A DNA stretch of 64,000 nucleotides from a virus, in IMG/VR virus record IMGVR_UViG_3300030104_003924, positions 15,495 to 79,494 of that record. One strand, 5' to 3'. The position numbers were made by a program, and so were the translations under genes. Positions within the stretch are counted from its first letter, which is position 1; each line of letters begins with the position of its first letter. Positions 30,797 to 41,957 of the stretch are shown here, piece by piece. Under the pieces are notes generated by a model that was not told the DNA's origin, made no database searches, and worked only from the letters and a program-made list of their open reading frames with translations.

Positions 30797-31204
30797 ATGG
30801 CATTAGTAACACTAACATTTAACCATCAATTAAACGTATCTGTACAAGTAGGAGATACCGCTTATTATATTTCTACAGCTCCTTTTCCAGGGCAAACAGC
30901 TGGACAAAATGGAAACTGGGCATCAACCACAACGCCTCATGATACTGGTAATAGAGAAGACATTAGAATGATAGGCGTTATAACCGCTATTACAGCTAAC
31001 ACTATAGAGTGTGATATGCCGCCGAATTTAGCTAGTCAATATGGCCCACCTAACCCTAATGACTTTATTATGTTTAGCAAAGACAACAAGGCTAATTTAA
31101 GCAGTTTACTAGGTTATTACTGTTTGACTAAGCTTAAAAATAATTCAACTGAAGAAGCAGAACTATTTACTATTGCAGCAGATTTCTTAGAAAGTAGTAA
31201 ATAA
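30797..31204 (+). CDS. Tail-associated hypothetical protein
   Basis: LNVSVQVGDTAYY...FIMFSKDN.AN.SSLLGYY. Confidence 0.6.
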   Translation: MALVTLTFNHQLNVSVQVGDTAYYISTAPFPGQTAGQNGNWASTTTPHDTGNREDIRMIGVITAITANTIECDMPPNLASQYGPPNPNDFIMFSKDNKANLSSLLGYYCLTKLKNNSTEEAELFTIAADFLESSK

Positions 31205-31225
31205 TTGATAAAAAATGTAATTATA
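31197..31225 (+). promoter_or_regulatory. Putative phage promoter GTAAA-N14-TGTAATTATA
   Basis: Same bipartite motif and spacing as at 41958 and 60558(-). Upstream of the ejection genes. Confidence 0.65.
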
Positions 31226-31244
31226 AACACATAAAAATTATATT

Positions 31245-31898
31245 ATGAGTAAAAATATTAAAAGTAGTCCCTTAAAAATTCTTGGTGGTTTAATATCAGC
31301 TGCTGGAGCATACGATTGGGGTGGTAAAAGAAAAAAAGCCATAGCCGCGGCTCAAGAAGAATACGATCAAATGAAAACCCAGTTCATGGGATTAGATACT
31401 AGTAATTTATACGGTGATGTTTCTAATCCATATGCTAATATGCAAAATACAATGGAAGACCTTACTGTAAACCAACAGCAAGCGCAGTTTGAGGCACAGC
31501 AAAACCAACAAAACCAAGCTAATATACTTGGTTCTATGAGAGGAGCAGCTGGTAGCTCTGGTGTTGCTGGTTTAGCACAAGCAATGGCTAATCAAGGTGC
31601 AACACAAGCCCAAAGAGCTTCAGCATCGATCGGTCAACAAGAAGCAGCCAACCAAGCTAAGCAAGCTGAGATGGCTGGATCATTACAAAAAATGGAAAGA
31701 CAAGGAGATTGGAAAGCTGACATGACTAGACGTGCTGGAGCGGAACAATCTAGATCTTTAGAAAAAGACAAGGTAAATACTTTGTTTACTATGTCTGCTA
31801 ATAAACTTGGAACGGCGGAAGCACAACACCAAAAAGCACAAGATCAAATGTGGAGCGGTATTGGTGAAATGTTTAGCCCAACTGGAGGATTATTTTAA
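31245..31898 (+). CDS. Probable ejection (internal virion) protein 1
   Basis: Gln/Ala-rich helical protein with Gly-rich hydrophobic ends. Starts MSKNIKSSPLK-ILGGLISAAG. Confidence 0.65.
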   Translation: MSKNIKSSPLKILGGLISAAGAYDWGGKRKKAIAAAQEEYDQMKTQFMGLDTSNLYGDVSNPYANMQNTMEDLTVNQQQAQFEAQQNQQNQANILGSMRGAAGSSGVAGLAQAMANQGATQAQRASASIGQQEAANQAKQAEMAGSLQKMERQGDWKADMTRRAGAEQSRSLEKDKVNTLFTMSANKLGTAEAQHQKAQDQMWSGIGEMFSPTGGLF

Positions 31899-31910
31899 TA
31901 ATAAATAAAT

Positions 31911-32960
31911 ATGGCAAAAAAACAAAAAACCCCACATATAAAATTACCACAAGTAGATGTTGAGGCTCAAGCACTTCCTGATATAATAGAGCTAAAAACA
32001 ACTAATGGTTATAACTATTTAAGTTCAGAAACTAGAGAGAAGTTAGGAAGACCAGACTATATACCTGGGCATCTACGTATTCCATTAAATCCTTGGGTTA
32101 GAAATAAACGCGATTTATTTGATCAATTAACAGAGATGATGGAGGCTAGTGATAAAGCTAGCGACGAATATATGGCGGCTGAAGCAGGTAGAGAAAAAGT
32201 AGCAGATGCATTAATAATGGCTAAAAGTCAAATAGAAGATTATAAAAAAGGTACAATAATTTTAAAAGATGCTTTAGGCGCTATGAGCAATGGAACGCAG
32301 GACTCTCATTTATATACAAACATGTTAGTTTTTGGTGCGCAGGCTGATGGTGTTAGTTTTGATGATAATGGTAAATTAAGTTTCGCTGGTAAATACGCTT
32401 CTCCAATGGGAAGTCCTAGGGGTAGCGTTAAAGACATAAAAGAAACAATGGAAAGCGTTGCCACTTTTAATCTTGATGATATGAAAAATCCTACTAGTGG
32501 AGGTTCCCCTATTATAACACAACCATATGATACTCAACGGTTCATTTGGGGATTAGCGGATGAAACTAAAAGAAACCAAGAATTAGGTAAAAAGTTTGAT
32601 TATGATTGGATGTACACTAGATTATATAACGACCTAACAAATAGAGGTAGTCAAAATACAATTGGCCTTGCTTTTGCTGATTTAGCCGGTGATAATCAAA
32701 GCAAATCTTTTGCAGACCAGTATGAAGACGGTTTGGCAGACCCAATATACTATATACATCCAGTCACTGGAGAACCATTACCTAGGGACAACTCGTGGAT
32801 GAAAGACCCGAAAAACGCTGATGTCTTAAAAAACTTTCTAGGTAAATATGTAACAGAGGTAATGAAAGAGGTTTATGGTGAAATTGATCAAGAAACACTT
32901 CAGGTTAAAAAAACACCAGGTGATCTCGCTAGAGAAATCGCAGAAAAATACAATAAATAA
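31911..32960 (+). CDS. Probable ejection protein 2
   Basis: Helical, lies between ejection protein 1 and the giant protein. Confidence 0.5.
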   Translation: MAKKQKTPHIKLPQVDVEAQALPDIIELKTTNGYNYLSSETREKLGRPDYIPGHLRIPLNPWVRNKRDLFDQLTEMMEASDKASDEYMAAEAGREKVADALIMAKSQIEDYKKGTIILKDALGAMSNGTQDSHLYTNMLVFGAQADGVSFDDNGKLSFAGKYASPMGSPRGSVKDIKETMESVATFNLDDMKNPTSGGSPIITQPYDTQRFIWGLADETKRNQELGKKFDYDWMYTRLYNDLTNRGSQNTIGLAFADLAGDNQSKSFADQYEDGLADPIYYIHPVTGEPLPRDNSWMKDPKNADVLKNFLGKYVTEVMKEVYGEIDQETLQVKKTPGDLAREIAEKYNK

Positions 32961-32966
32961 AATTAT

Positions 32967-35900
32967 ATGTTTAAAGGAACAAAAGCAGAGTATATTGCTA
33001 GTTTAATAGCTAAAAACGCTGAGGAAAAGGAAATAAAGCACATGAAATCCCTTTCTGAAAAAGAATTAATAGAGCTAGGGATAATAGCGGGAAAGGAGAA
33101 CGACGTTGTGTCAGTGGATGCGAACGTGACGTCAAAAAGTGCAGCGTCCAAGAATGGGGGTTCAAATTCGGAAGATATTTCATCGGGATACGAAACGCCT
33201 GAGTATTTAAAGCCTCAACTTATATTTCCGCCAGATAAAGAAGAGGTATCAGAAGAAGACCCGTATGAATCTTTTTATATAAAACCTGAATTTTTTGGTG
33301 TGCTAAACATAGCTAAAGATGGGACTAATCTTGGGGTAAGTAATAGACCGTCTGAAGAAGAAGCCGCTAAAGAATTAAACGAAAAGCTTAGTGGTCTTGG
33401 CGTTAAAGTTGTTGAGGATAGACCAGGAGTTAATGCTATAAAAATAATAACACCAGAGGGAGAGGAAGATATAAATTTAGGTTTATGGGAAAAATTCTGG
33501 ACGATGGATAATGAGACACCAACTGAAAAAGCCGAAAGATTAAATGGTATAATTAAAGAAGTTATAGATTATAGAACGCAAGAGAACCCATTGTTTGACA
33601 TAGACACTTATGTCAACGCTATGCAAGATGCTAAAAACGACGCTCCAGAGGTGTATTCTTACAGCGAAGATGGTGGTAGATTTTTATCAGTAGACGAATT
33701 AAATTACGAACAACTTAGCGATCACACACATAGAGTTCATTTAAACCTAATGAATAAATATTGGGATAGTAATGAAGGTAAGAAAAATTTACAAACAATA
33801 TCTAAACAACGCAAAGAACAACAGCAAATCTTATGGAACGAGGCTGTTGATAAAATACAAGCGGGGTTTGGTCTCGATAAAGTGGTAAAAGAATACCACG
33901 CTAAACTTGAGAATCAATACTCTGAAATACTTAAAAACAACGGGAGTTATCAACAAATGGTAACTAACACAACCGCTGTAGTTGGGAGTTTGTTTAATGA
34001 TAGATTAGCAGAAGCAAGGTATAAAGCTGGCATGAAAGAAGAGTTTGGTGGTTTTATAGCTAGTAGTGATATATTAGGTGCTTTTGCAAAAGGAGCGACT
34101 GTTATATTTCCAAAGGAAATACAGGAGTTCACTGCTATGCAAAAAGGGAATAAAATAAGGGCTTTAAAAGAGAAACTTAGCGCGTTAGACGGTCTTGATC
34201 CTGAAAGTTACGCGAAAGGTTATCATTTCTCAATGAAGGGTGGTTTTGATTATAAAGCAGGTCAAACAGGGACAAACTTTCCCTTGGGCAATTACAAGGT
34301 ATCAGAATTAAGGCAAAAATATTTAAAAGCTATAGTTTTTGAGGAAATGTCAATGATTGATAACTTACTTAAAGCTGATCAATACAAAGAAGTATTGTCT
34401 AAAATTGAAAAACCCAATTCAGCACTATACACCGCTGATGGTAGATTAAATATAACGTCTGACAATTGGCAGTATGCTGTGGGAGATCAAGCATTTAGAA
34501 TGTTATCAAGTATATTTTCTCTTGGAATGACAACTTTAGTTTCTGAAGCTTCTGGTGCTTATTCTCAAATATTAGAAACAAATGCTGCTAAAAAAGCAAA
34601 AGCAGCTGGCTTAGATTGGGCAAGTATGTCTAAAGAGGATAAAATGACGTACATGCTAGATATAATAGATTCTGGCGAAGATGGTTACAACGAGGCTATG
34701 GCTGTTGGTGGTGTTAATGCGGCTTTAGACGCTGCTAGTAATTTCTTTTTTGTCAGTAAATTTGCTAAATTTATTCCTTCAAACATGAAAGCACATTTTG
34801 CGCTGTTTATGAAAGGAAAATTCAAAGCAGCGTTAAAAGGTATATCTAAAAATGCAAATGTAGGAAACGCTGTTGATATTTTACAAACTACAGGTTTAGA
34901 AATGTTAACAGAGGGTTTACAAGAAGAAGTTACTCAAATTGGAGTTGGTGTAGCTACTGATGATTACAGTCACAGTTGGAACCCTACTTTAAATGCCATG
35001 TTAACGGCAGCGGTAACAACACCATTTCTTGGTGGTGGTGCTAAAGCTACCAGCGCTGTTTATTCTGAAGTAAGTTCTAGAATAGCAGCAATTAAAAACC
35101 CAAAAGGAATAATAGCTTATTGTAGGAAACAAAAACAACAATACGCTTTTGATAATGCTTTACCAAAATCTGACCCAAACTACATATCTGATGAAAAGTA
35201 TGAAGAATTAATGATACAAATTCATGCTGCAGAAAAAATGTTTACTGAGACAGATAAAATTGTAACAGACACGAAAGCTGTTGAAATGATATTAGAAGCT
35301 CAAGTTGAAATAGAAAAACAACTTGTAAAAGTTAGAGATTTAAACAAGGATATTGAAAACGCGAAAAAAGAAAATCCTAATTATAATGAAGAAATTGATG
35401 GTGTTGAAACAAGAGCTGAACTTCAGATTGTTTTAGACAAAATAAAGGAACAAAATATTATAAAAGGAAAAGCTAAAAGAAAAGACGCTTACAAATCAGG
35501 AACTAGAGACAAGGCTAAGCAGATAAACGAAGATCCAATTAAAAGTAAAGATTTTGACGCTAAGTGTTTCAGTACAAATCAAGAGCTTATTAATACTTTA
35601 GAAAGCGATTATGGTATAACTGTAGAGCAGTTTCAATCGTTAAGAATATTTGCTGGAGGTAAAGGTAACGGTTTTACAATTACTAAAGAAGAAATTCAAA
35701 AGATAATACCAGGTTACGAAGGTAAAGGTGTTGTGTTTTGGTCAGACGAAGCTATAATTAAAAACATCGACGAGGGTGATAGATGGGCTGGTAACTCTGA
35801 TGTTCATGAGGCTCTTCACGTTGACATGTATTATAAATCTGACGAGGAATTAGTTAACGCTCAAAACGCTGTTTTAACAATCTTAAATGATTCAAAAAGT

Positions 35901-38900
35901 CCTCAAATGCAAGAAATACGAAGACTTCTTGGTGATAGATTAAGGGATTATGAAAAAGAGTTTGGTAAAGATTATCTTAAAACAAGAGCAGGTATTGAAG
36001 AGTTTTTCGCGGCGATTAGTGATGCTACTAGTGTTTTAGCTACAGATGCGCTTACTAAAGAAGACCGGGTAGCAATACTTCAAATAGGAGAAGAACTGCT
36101 TGGTATGATGGATGGTTACGTTGATATAAACGTAGATAATACAGTTGAATTTTTACAAAACCTACCTGGAGGATCTTTAGCTGTTAATCGTGAAACTTAT
36201 TTTGATTCAAACGGAAACATTGTAGAATCTATTGATGTTGATGGAGATGTTACAGAAAGAGTTTCTAATAGTTTAAAAGACGGTAAAGTATCTGATTTAA
36301 TACTCATTGAAGAATCTAATCCATATCCAAAAGGTAGAACAAGTGGAGAAGGCGGACAAATAGACACAGAAAATAAAAGACTTTACGAGTTAATAAAAAA
36401 GCACGAAACCTATGTTGATCCAAATGGCGATCTTGAAATGCAAGCCAGAGTAAGAGCTGGTGGAAAAAAATATAGAGACTTGTTGTTATATAATAACTAT
36501 GGTGCATTCATGGATAGGGTATTAAGAAAGTACGACGACACTAAACCTGGGCATAGCGACGAAAGAAAAGAGTTTTTTGTTGGAGAGTCTATGGTAGAGT
36601 TTGTTAAAGCTTTGCAAACTTACAATAGAAAAAAAGATCCTGAAACTGGAGAATACGTGTTTGAGGACAAAAGCAATTCTTTTAGTGCTTATTATTTCTT
36701 TACCCCTACTCAACAAGGTCATGAGAGTGTTGCCGCGGCTCGTTTAGCAAGAATTTGGGATGAAATGCAAATGGATTTTAAAAAAGATATTAGCGATGTA
36801 ATTCCAGGTAATATTGATCCAGATCAAACCACAGAGGATATGATCAGTGATTATAATCAAGATTACGTTTTAGATATTGAAACTAAACTTAATGATTTTA
36901 GTGAAAGATCTGAACTTAGACAAAAACTTGCTGAAATAATGGAGTTTGAAGTTGATGGTAAAAACTATAAGGTATGGATTAAGAAACAGTCAGACTTAAT
37001 GAAACAGTTTGATTTTTCAGAGATATACGGTCCAAATGCTACCCAAGATATGAAAAAGATGGGGCAAGCTTTATGGAAAAACTTTCAAGAAATAGTTAAA
37101 ACTGGTGGTAAACTAAATAAAAACGGAGAACCAACACAATACTATAAAGATTTCTTAGAAGAAACTATAGAAACTTTCTATAAAAATATAAACCAAAAGA
37201 CTTTTAATAAAATTTTCCCTGAGTATGTTGATACAGAAGGACGAGCTACCGTAGATCAATCTAAAGAGTTAAAAGGAAAAGGAAAACCTAAAGATCCTAA
37301 AGCTGGCAATATTCTTGGAACGAAGATGGAATTCACAGATGAAGTAAAGCAAGAAATATTAAACAAACTATTAAGAACAGATCAAATTGAAGAATTAAAA
37401 AACACTGTTTTATACGATAAAGAGAGTTTTACAGAGTTTCAAAAAAGAGAGGTACAAGTAACGTTAACAAGCGGTAAAATCCATAAGGGTAAAGTAAAAA
37501 TTTCTGGAAAGAACTTAATACTAATAACATCGAAAAAAGATCCAAAAACTAAAAAACCTATAGAGGTTAAAATATCTTGGAATGACATACAGAGAGGTAA
37601 ATTAACATCTGCTGGGATACATAGTATAGTTAGAATAGATATGGTTCAAGAGTCGACGTTAAAACACTTCTCTGAGATGCTTTTTGACGATGCTGCAATG
37701 CAAATTGTTACTAGTGAAGAATTTAAGAAAGAAAACGGTGTTGCTCAAAGTGAGATATTACAAACAGCATTATTATTAGACAAAGGTCAAGATGTTAAGT
37801 TTAGTTTGCCTGACGGTGGAGAACAAACGTTAAGTGCTGAAACGTTAAACTCTGAAGTTTTTGCACAAGAAACTAGTAGATTAATTCAACTTGTAGAAAA
37901 TTACGAAGATTCAAATAACTGGGAAGACGTTATAAGTGTTATACAAAATGATCCAACCGCTTCGCAAGAGATTAAAGATTGGGTTTCTAGTATGTATGAC
38001 AAAGGATTGGTTGAAAGCGCTGGAGAAAAGAGATTTAAATCATTTGCGATAAATTATTTAAAAAGTACTGGTCAAAACAAACTAGCAAATGAATTTCAAA
38101 AAGGTGGTAATATAAGATTTAACAAAAAAGCTAAAGACAATATGGTTAAAAACGCGGCCGTATTTTCTAAAATATTTGGTAAAGAATTTATGACATCAGT
38201 TGGGTTTGAATGGCTAGGGTTTAAGAGTGGTAATAGATATTTAAACACGACTCAAGGTTTAAGAGGTAGTGTAAGGGGAGAGCATCGTGATAATTATGAG
38301 AGTTTAGTTAACGACTTACAAAGTACGCCAGAAGAAAATTTACCAGGTAATCTTACCTATGAAGATCTTGCGAATGTTCGTATGATGAATAAAATGTCTG
38401 GCACTAAAGATACTGGTATATTTAAAAGAATAATTGCTTTAAATAAAAGAATAGCTGACGGGGAGATTACTAAAAAAGAAGCTCAAAAAATAATTGAAGA
38501 CACTGGTTTACAAGCTGAAATTGATGCGGCAAATAAAGCTAACGAAAAAGTACTTAAAACTATAATAAAAGAAATAATTACCCAAACGCACGATGGCAAC
38601 GTTGATGAGGTTGCTATTTTAGAAATGTTTAAAATGCAGTCTAATTTAGTAGAAGGACTTCGGGGTTTATCAAGGGTGGATGCATACTTACTTCTTAGTG
38701 GTAAAATGTCTAAAGAAAAGTTTGATGCTATAAACTGGAAAGGTGAACACTTAAAACCCATGTCTGTGGTTAGTTCTGAAATTATGGAATTAATGCAGAG
38801 GTATAAAGCGGATTCTAGTATCGATTTAGATTCTGAAATTGATTTAATATTAGCTGATTATACACAAATACTTGGTGACAGTAAAACCTTTGACACTTTA

Positions 38901-41900
38901 GACGTTCCTGGAAAAGCCAACGTTGCAGGTGTTAATAGATTAGCATACATGAGTGATAAAGAGCTAAGAGGCCTAACAAACGCTAGTGGATTTACTGCTA
39001 GACAAATACAAGCTGAGCTTTTAAAAAGAAAATCAACAAAGCAAGCTGTTATAAATTCTAAAAAAGAATCTCAAGCTGTTGAGAATATAAATCTCAAAAA
39101 TACTGCAACTGGAAATATTCAAGGTGCTTCGGTTATGGATTTTGATTTAACAGTTGGTGTTAGTGAAAATTATGTTATAGCTAGAAAAGATGGTCAAACA
39201 CGAAGGTTATCTGCTACTGATTGGCCCACTCTTGGAGAAAAAATGAAAAATGAAGGTTGGGAAATGGATTTTTCAAACTTCAACAAAGTAACAAAAGGAA
39301 AGAGAGGACCTTTATTTGATAAACTTAAAAATCAAATTGAAAAATACGGCGTTACTAATGTTCATATTTTGACAGCTAGAGCCGCTGAAAGCGCCCCTGC
39401 TATTCAAGCCTGGCTTGCGTCAGAGGGTATAAACCTTCCTTTAGAAAATATAGTTGGACTTGGTAACAGTACTGGAGAGGCTAAAGCTGATTGGATAGAG
39501 CAAAATCTAGTTTGGAATGGTTTTAACGATATTTATTTTGTGGATGATCATCATGAGAATGTAGATGCCGTTCAAACGATGTTTGATAAATACCCACCTG
39601 GATTACTAGTTGATGGCGGTAAATCTGTTATTGTAAATCCTTTTGAATACAACGAAGACGGTGGTAAATTATCGTTAAGCGATACCTTTAACAAAGTTTT
39701 AGAAGATACTGAAGGTATAAAAGCTGAGGCAACATTTTCTAAAGCACAGGGTGAGATAAGAGGGAGAAACGCTGGTAGTATTTTAGATATAGTATATCCA
39801 CCTTCTGCTTATGACTTTGAAATGTTTACTTATAAATATATTGGCAAAGGTCAATTAGGGGAAAACCAACAGTTATTTTTTAAAGAAAAATTATTTGATC
39901 CATATGAGCAAGCGATCCAACAAATTGACAAAAAGAAACAAGTAATAAGAAATGATTATAAGGCTTTAGTAAAAGAATTACCTCAAGTTAAAAAGAACTT
40001 AAAACAAAATATAGAAGGTACAAATTATACCATTGAACAAGCCGTAAGGGTTTACACGTGGACCAAGAATGGTATGGAAATACCTGGTTTATCTAAAAGA
40101 GACCAAAAAGCATTAATCAAAGTTGTTGAAGCGGATCCACAATTAATTGAGTTTTCAGACAAATTATCAGCGCTATCTAGATCAAAAGACGGGTATGTTA
40201 AGCCTAGCGAGTACTGGACTGTAGAAACAATAGCTTACGACTTAACAGAAATGGTTGGGAAAGCGGGTAGAGCTGAAGCTTTAAGTATTTGGAAGGAAAA
40301 TGTAGATCAAATATTTTCTGAAGAAAATAAAAACAAATTAAGAGCTTTATATGGTAACCACCACGTTGAGGCGTTAGAAGACATGTTATACCGCATGGAG
40401 TATGGTAGAAACAGAGGCAAACCTGGTAGAATAGAACAACAATGGAACAATTGGGTTAATAACTCTGTTGGTGCTGTGATGTTTTTTAATATGAGATCTG
40501 CTAGTTTACAAACTATATCTGCTTTTAACTATATAGATTGGGAAAATAACAATATGGCTAAAGCAGCGTTAGCCTTTGCTAACCAACCGCAGTATTGGAA
40601 AGATTTTGGTTATATATTTAATTCTGATTATCTTAAAGAAAGAAGAGCTGGTAGTAAAAGAACAATCAATGAGGCTGAACTAGCCGCACATTTAAAAGGT
40701 AAAGATAATAAAGCAAAAGCCGCTTTAGCCTGGTTATTAGAAAAAGGATTTACACCTACACAAATAGCAGATAGTTTCGCTATTGCTTCCGGTGGGGCTG
40801 GTTTTTATAGAAATCAAGTTAAGTTTTACGAAAAACAAGGCATGACTACTGAAGACGCTGAAGCACAAGCTTTTTTAGATTTTAGAGATAAAACAGAAAA
40901 AGGCCAACAGTCGTCTAGAGCTGATATGATATCCCAACAACAGGCTGGTGGTTTAGGTAGATTAATATTAGCGTTTAAAAATACACCTATGCAGTACAAT
41001 AGGTTAATGATAAAATCTATAGCTGATTTGAAAAATGGTAGAGGTAGTGCTAAAACTAACTTGTCTAAAATTGCTTATTATGGAGCTGTGCAGAACGCTA
41101 TATTTACATCTTTACAAACAGCTTTATTCTCCGCTTTAGGAGATGAAGATCAGTGGGATACTAAAAAAGAAAGAGTTGCAAATGGTATGATTGACTCTAT
41201 ATTAAATGGCATGGGATTAACTGGAGCGGTCGCTGTTACTATTAAAAATGGATATTTATCTTATTCTAAACATAAGAAAAGAGGCTTTAGAGGTGATCAA
41301 ACCAGAACTATTATAGAGTTTGCCAACATGTCACCTACTATTGGTTCTAAGTTAAGAAAATTATATACTGGTATCAAAGGAGAACAGTTAAACCAAGGGG
41401 CTATTGAAGAAATGGGTTTCAATATAAACAATCCCGCGTTCAATTCTTTAGCAAACGTTATCTCAGCCACAACAAATATACCTGTAGACAGAGCTGTTAA
41501 CAAAATACAGAATATATTACTAGCTTCTAAAAGTGAAACTGAAGCCGCTGATAAAATAGCTTTATTGTTAGGTTGGAACCCTTGGGATCTAGGAATAGAA
41601 CAAGAGTCTAGAATAATAAATAAAGAAGTAAAAGAAAAGAAAAAAATAGAAAAGAAAAAGAAAAAGAAAGAAGAGGAGAAAATTAAAAAAGTCGAAGAAG
41701 AAAAGAAAAAAATAGAAACAAATAAAGAAAAACAAAAAGAACAAAAGAAAAAAGGTGAACAAGTAACTTGTCTTAAATGTAATAGAGCTGTTGTAAAAGG
41801 CAAGACACTTTGTACTGTTCACGAGGAGAAAGAACAAAGAAAAGATGGTAAAAAAGTTCGATGTAGTTTAATATACCCAAAAGGACACAAGAAATCTGGT

Positions 41901-41957
41901 AAGCAGTGTGGTGAAATGACAACAAATAAATCTGGATTATGTCCTTACCACGATTAG
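32967..41957 (+). CDS. Giant polyvalent ejection protein (zincin HExxH, sigma region-2-like segment, HAD phosphatase, C-terminal Zn fingers), 2996 aa
   Basis: DVHEALH...IEEFFA; EFVKALQTYN...NSFSAY; VMDFDLT...ILTAR...KADW...YFVDD; terminal CxxC...CxxH and C...C...CxxH. Confidence 0.75.
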   Translation: MFKGTKAEYIASLIAKNAEEKEIKHMKSLSEKELIELGIIAGKENDVVSVDANVTSKSAASKNGGSNSEDISSGYETPEYLKPQLIFPPDKEEVSEEDPYESFYIKPEFFGVLNIAKDGTNLGVSNRPSEEEAAKELNEKLSGLGVKVVEDRPGVNAIKIITPEGEEDINLGLWEKFWTMDNETPTEKAERLNGIIKEVIDYRTQENPLFDIDTYVNAMQDAKNDAPEVYSYSEDGGRFLSVDELNYEQLSDHTHRVHLNLMNKYWDSNEGKKNLQTISKQRKEQQQILWNEAVDKIQAGFGLDKVVKEYHAKLENQYSEILKNNGSYQQMVTNTTAVVGSLFNDRLAEARYKAGMKEEFGGFIASSDILGAFAKGATVIFPKEIQEFTAMQKGNKIRALKEKLSALDGLDPESYAKGYHFSMKGGFDYKAGQTGTNFPLGNYKVSELRQKYLKAIVFEEMSMIDNLLKADQYKEVLSKIEKPNSALYTADGRLNITSDNWQYAVGDQAFRMLSSIFSLGMTTLVSEASGAYSQILETNAAKKAKAAGLDWASMSKEDKMTYMLDIIDSGEDGYNEAMAVGGVNAALDAASNFFFVSKFAKFIPSNMKAHFALFMKGKFKAALKGISKNANVGNAVDILQTTGLEMLTEGLQEEVTQIGVGVATDDYSHSWNPTLNAMLTAAVTTPFLGGGAKATSAVYSEVSSRIAAIKNPKGIIAYCRKQKQQYAFDNALPKSDPNYISDEKYEELMIQIHAAEKMFTETDKIVTDTKAVEMILEAQVEIEKQLVKVRDLNKDIENAKKENPNYNEEIDGVETRAELQIVLDKIKEQNIIKGKAKRKDAYKSGTRDKAKQINEDPIKSKDFDAKCFSTNQELINTLESDYGITVEQFQSLRIFAGGKGNGFTITKEEIQKIIPGYEGKGVVFWSDEAIIKNIDEGDRWAGNSDVHEALHVDMYYKSDEELVNAQNAVLTILNDSKSPQMQEIRRLLGDRLRDYEKEFGKDYLKTRAGIEEFFAAISDATSVLATDALTKEDRVAILQIGEELLGMMDGYVDINVDNTVEFLQNLPGGSLAVNRETYFDSNGNIVESIDVDGDVTERVSNSLKDGKVSDLILIEESNPYPKGRTSGEGGQIDTENKRLYELIKKHETYVDPNGDLEMQARVRAGGKKYRDLLLYNNYGAFMDRVLRKYDDTKPGHSDERKEFFVGESMVEFVKALQTYNRKKDPETGEYVFEDKSNSFSAYYFFTPTQQGHESVAAARLARIWDEMQMDFKKDISDVIPGNIDPDQTTEDMISDYNQDYVLDIETKLNDFSERSELRQKLAEIMEFEVDGKNYKVWIKKQSDLMKQFDFSEIYGPNATQDMKKMGQALWKNFQEIVKTGGKLNKNGEPTQYYKDFLEETIETFYKNINQKTFNKIFPEYVDTEGRATVDQSKELKGKGKPKDPKAGNILGTKMEFTDEVKQEILNKLLRTDQIEELKNTVLYDKESFTEFQKREVQVTLTSGKIHKGKVKISGKNLILITSKKDPKTKKPIEVKISWNDIQRGKLTSAGIHSIVRIDMVQESTLKHFSEMLFDDAAMQIVTSEEFKKENGVAQSEILQTALLLDKGQDVKFSLPDGGEQTLSAETLNSEVFAQETSRLIQLVENYEDSNNWEDVISVIQNDPTASQEIKDWVSSMYDKGLVESAGEKRFKSFAINYLKSTGQNKLANEFQKGGNIRFNKKAKDNMVKNAAVFSKIFGKEFMTSVGFEWLGFKSGNRYLNTTQGLRGSVRGEHRDNYESLVNDLQSTPEENLPGNLTYEDLANVRMMNKMSGTKDTGIFKRIIALNKRIADGEITKKEAQKIIEDTGLQAEIDAANKANEKVLKTIIKEIITQTHDGNVDEVAILEMFKMQSNLVEGLRGLSRVDAYLLLSGKMSKEKFDAINWKGEHLKPMSVVSSEIMELMQRYKADSSIDLDSEIDLILADYTQILGDSKTFDTLDVPGKANVAGVNRLAYMSDKELRGLTNASGFTARQIQAELLKRKSTKQAVINSKKESQAVENINLKNTATGNIQGASVMDFDLTVGVSENYVIARKDGQTRRLSATDWPTLGEKMKNEGWEMDFSNFNKVTKGKRGPLFDKLKNQIEKYGVTNVHILTARAAESAPAIQAWLASEGINLPLENIVGLGNSTGEAKADWIEQNLVWNGFNDIYFVDDHHENVDAVQTMFDKYPPGLLVDGGKSVIVNPFEYNEDGGKLSLSDTFNKVLEDTEGIKAEATFSKAQGEIRGRNAGSILDIVYPPSAYDFEMFTYKYIGKGQLGENQQLFFKEKLFDPYEQAIQQIDKKKQVIRNDYKALVKELPQVKKNLKQNIEGTNYTIEQAVRVYTWTKNGMEIPGLSKRDQKALIKVVEADPQLIEFSDKLSALSRSKDGYVKPSEYWTVETIAYDLTEMVGKAGRAEALSIWKENVDQIFSEENKNKLRALYGNHHVEALEDMLYRMEYGRNRGKPGRIEQQWNNWVNNSVGAVMFFNMRSASLQTISAFNYIDWENNNMAKAALAFANQPQYWKDFGYIFNSDYLKERRAGSKRTINEAELAAHLKGKDNKAKAALAWLLEKGFTPTQIADSFAIASGGAGFYRNQVKFYEKQGMTTEDAEAQAFLDFRDKTEKGQQSSRADMISQQQAGGLGRLILAFKNTPMQYNRLMIKSIADLKNGRGSAKTNLSKIAYYGAVQNAIFTSLQTALFSALGDEDQWDTKKERVANGMIDSILNGMGLTGAVAVTIKNGYLSYSKHKKRGFRGDQTRTIIEFANMSPTIGSKLRKLYTGIKGEQLNQGAIEEMGFNINNPAFNSLANVISATTNIPVDRAVNKIQNILLASKSETEAADKIALLLGWNPWDLGIEQESRIINKEVKEKKKIEKKKKKKEEEKIKKVEEEKKKIETNKEKQKEQKKKGEQVTCLKCNRAVVKGKTLCTVHEEKEQRKDGKKVRCSLIYPKGHKKSGKQCGEMTTNKSGLCPYHD

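Noticed and set aside
39130-39155. DFDLT in the giant protein read as the catalytic DxDxD of a crAss-like virion RNA polymerase
   Set aside because: The third Asp is missing, and the downstream ILTAR, K and YFVDD motifs fit a HAD phosphatase.
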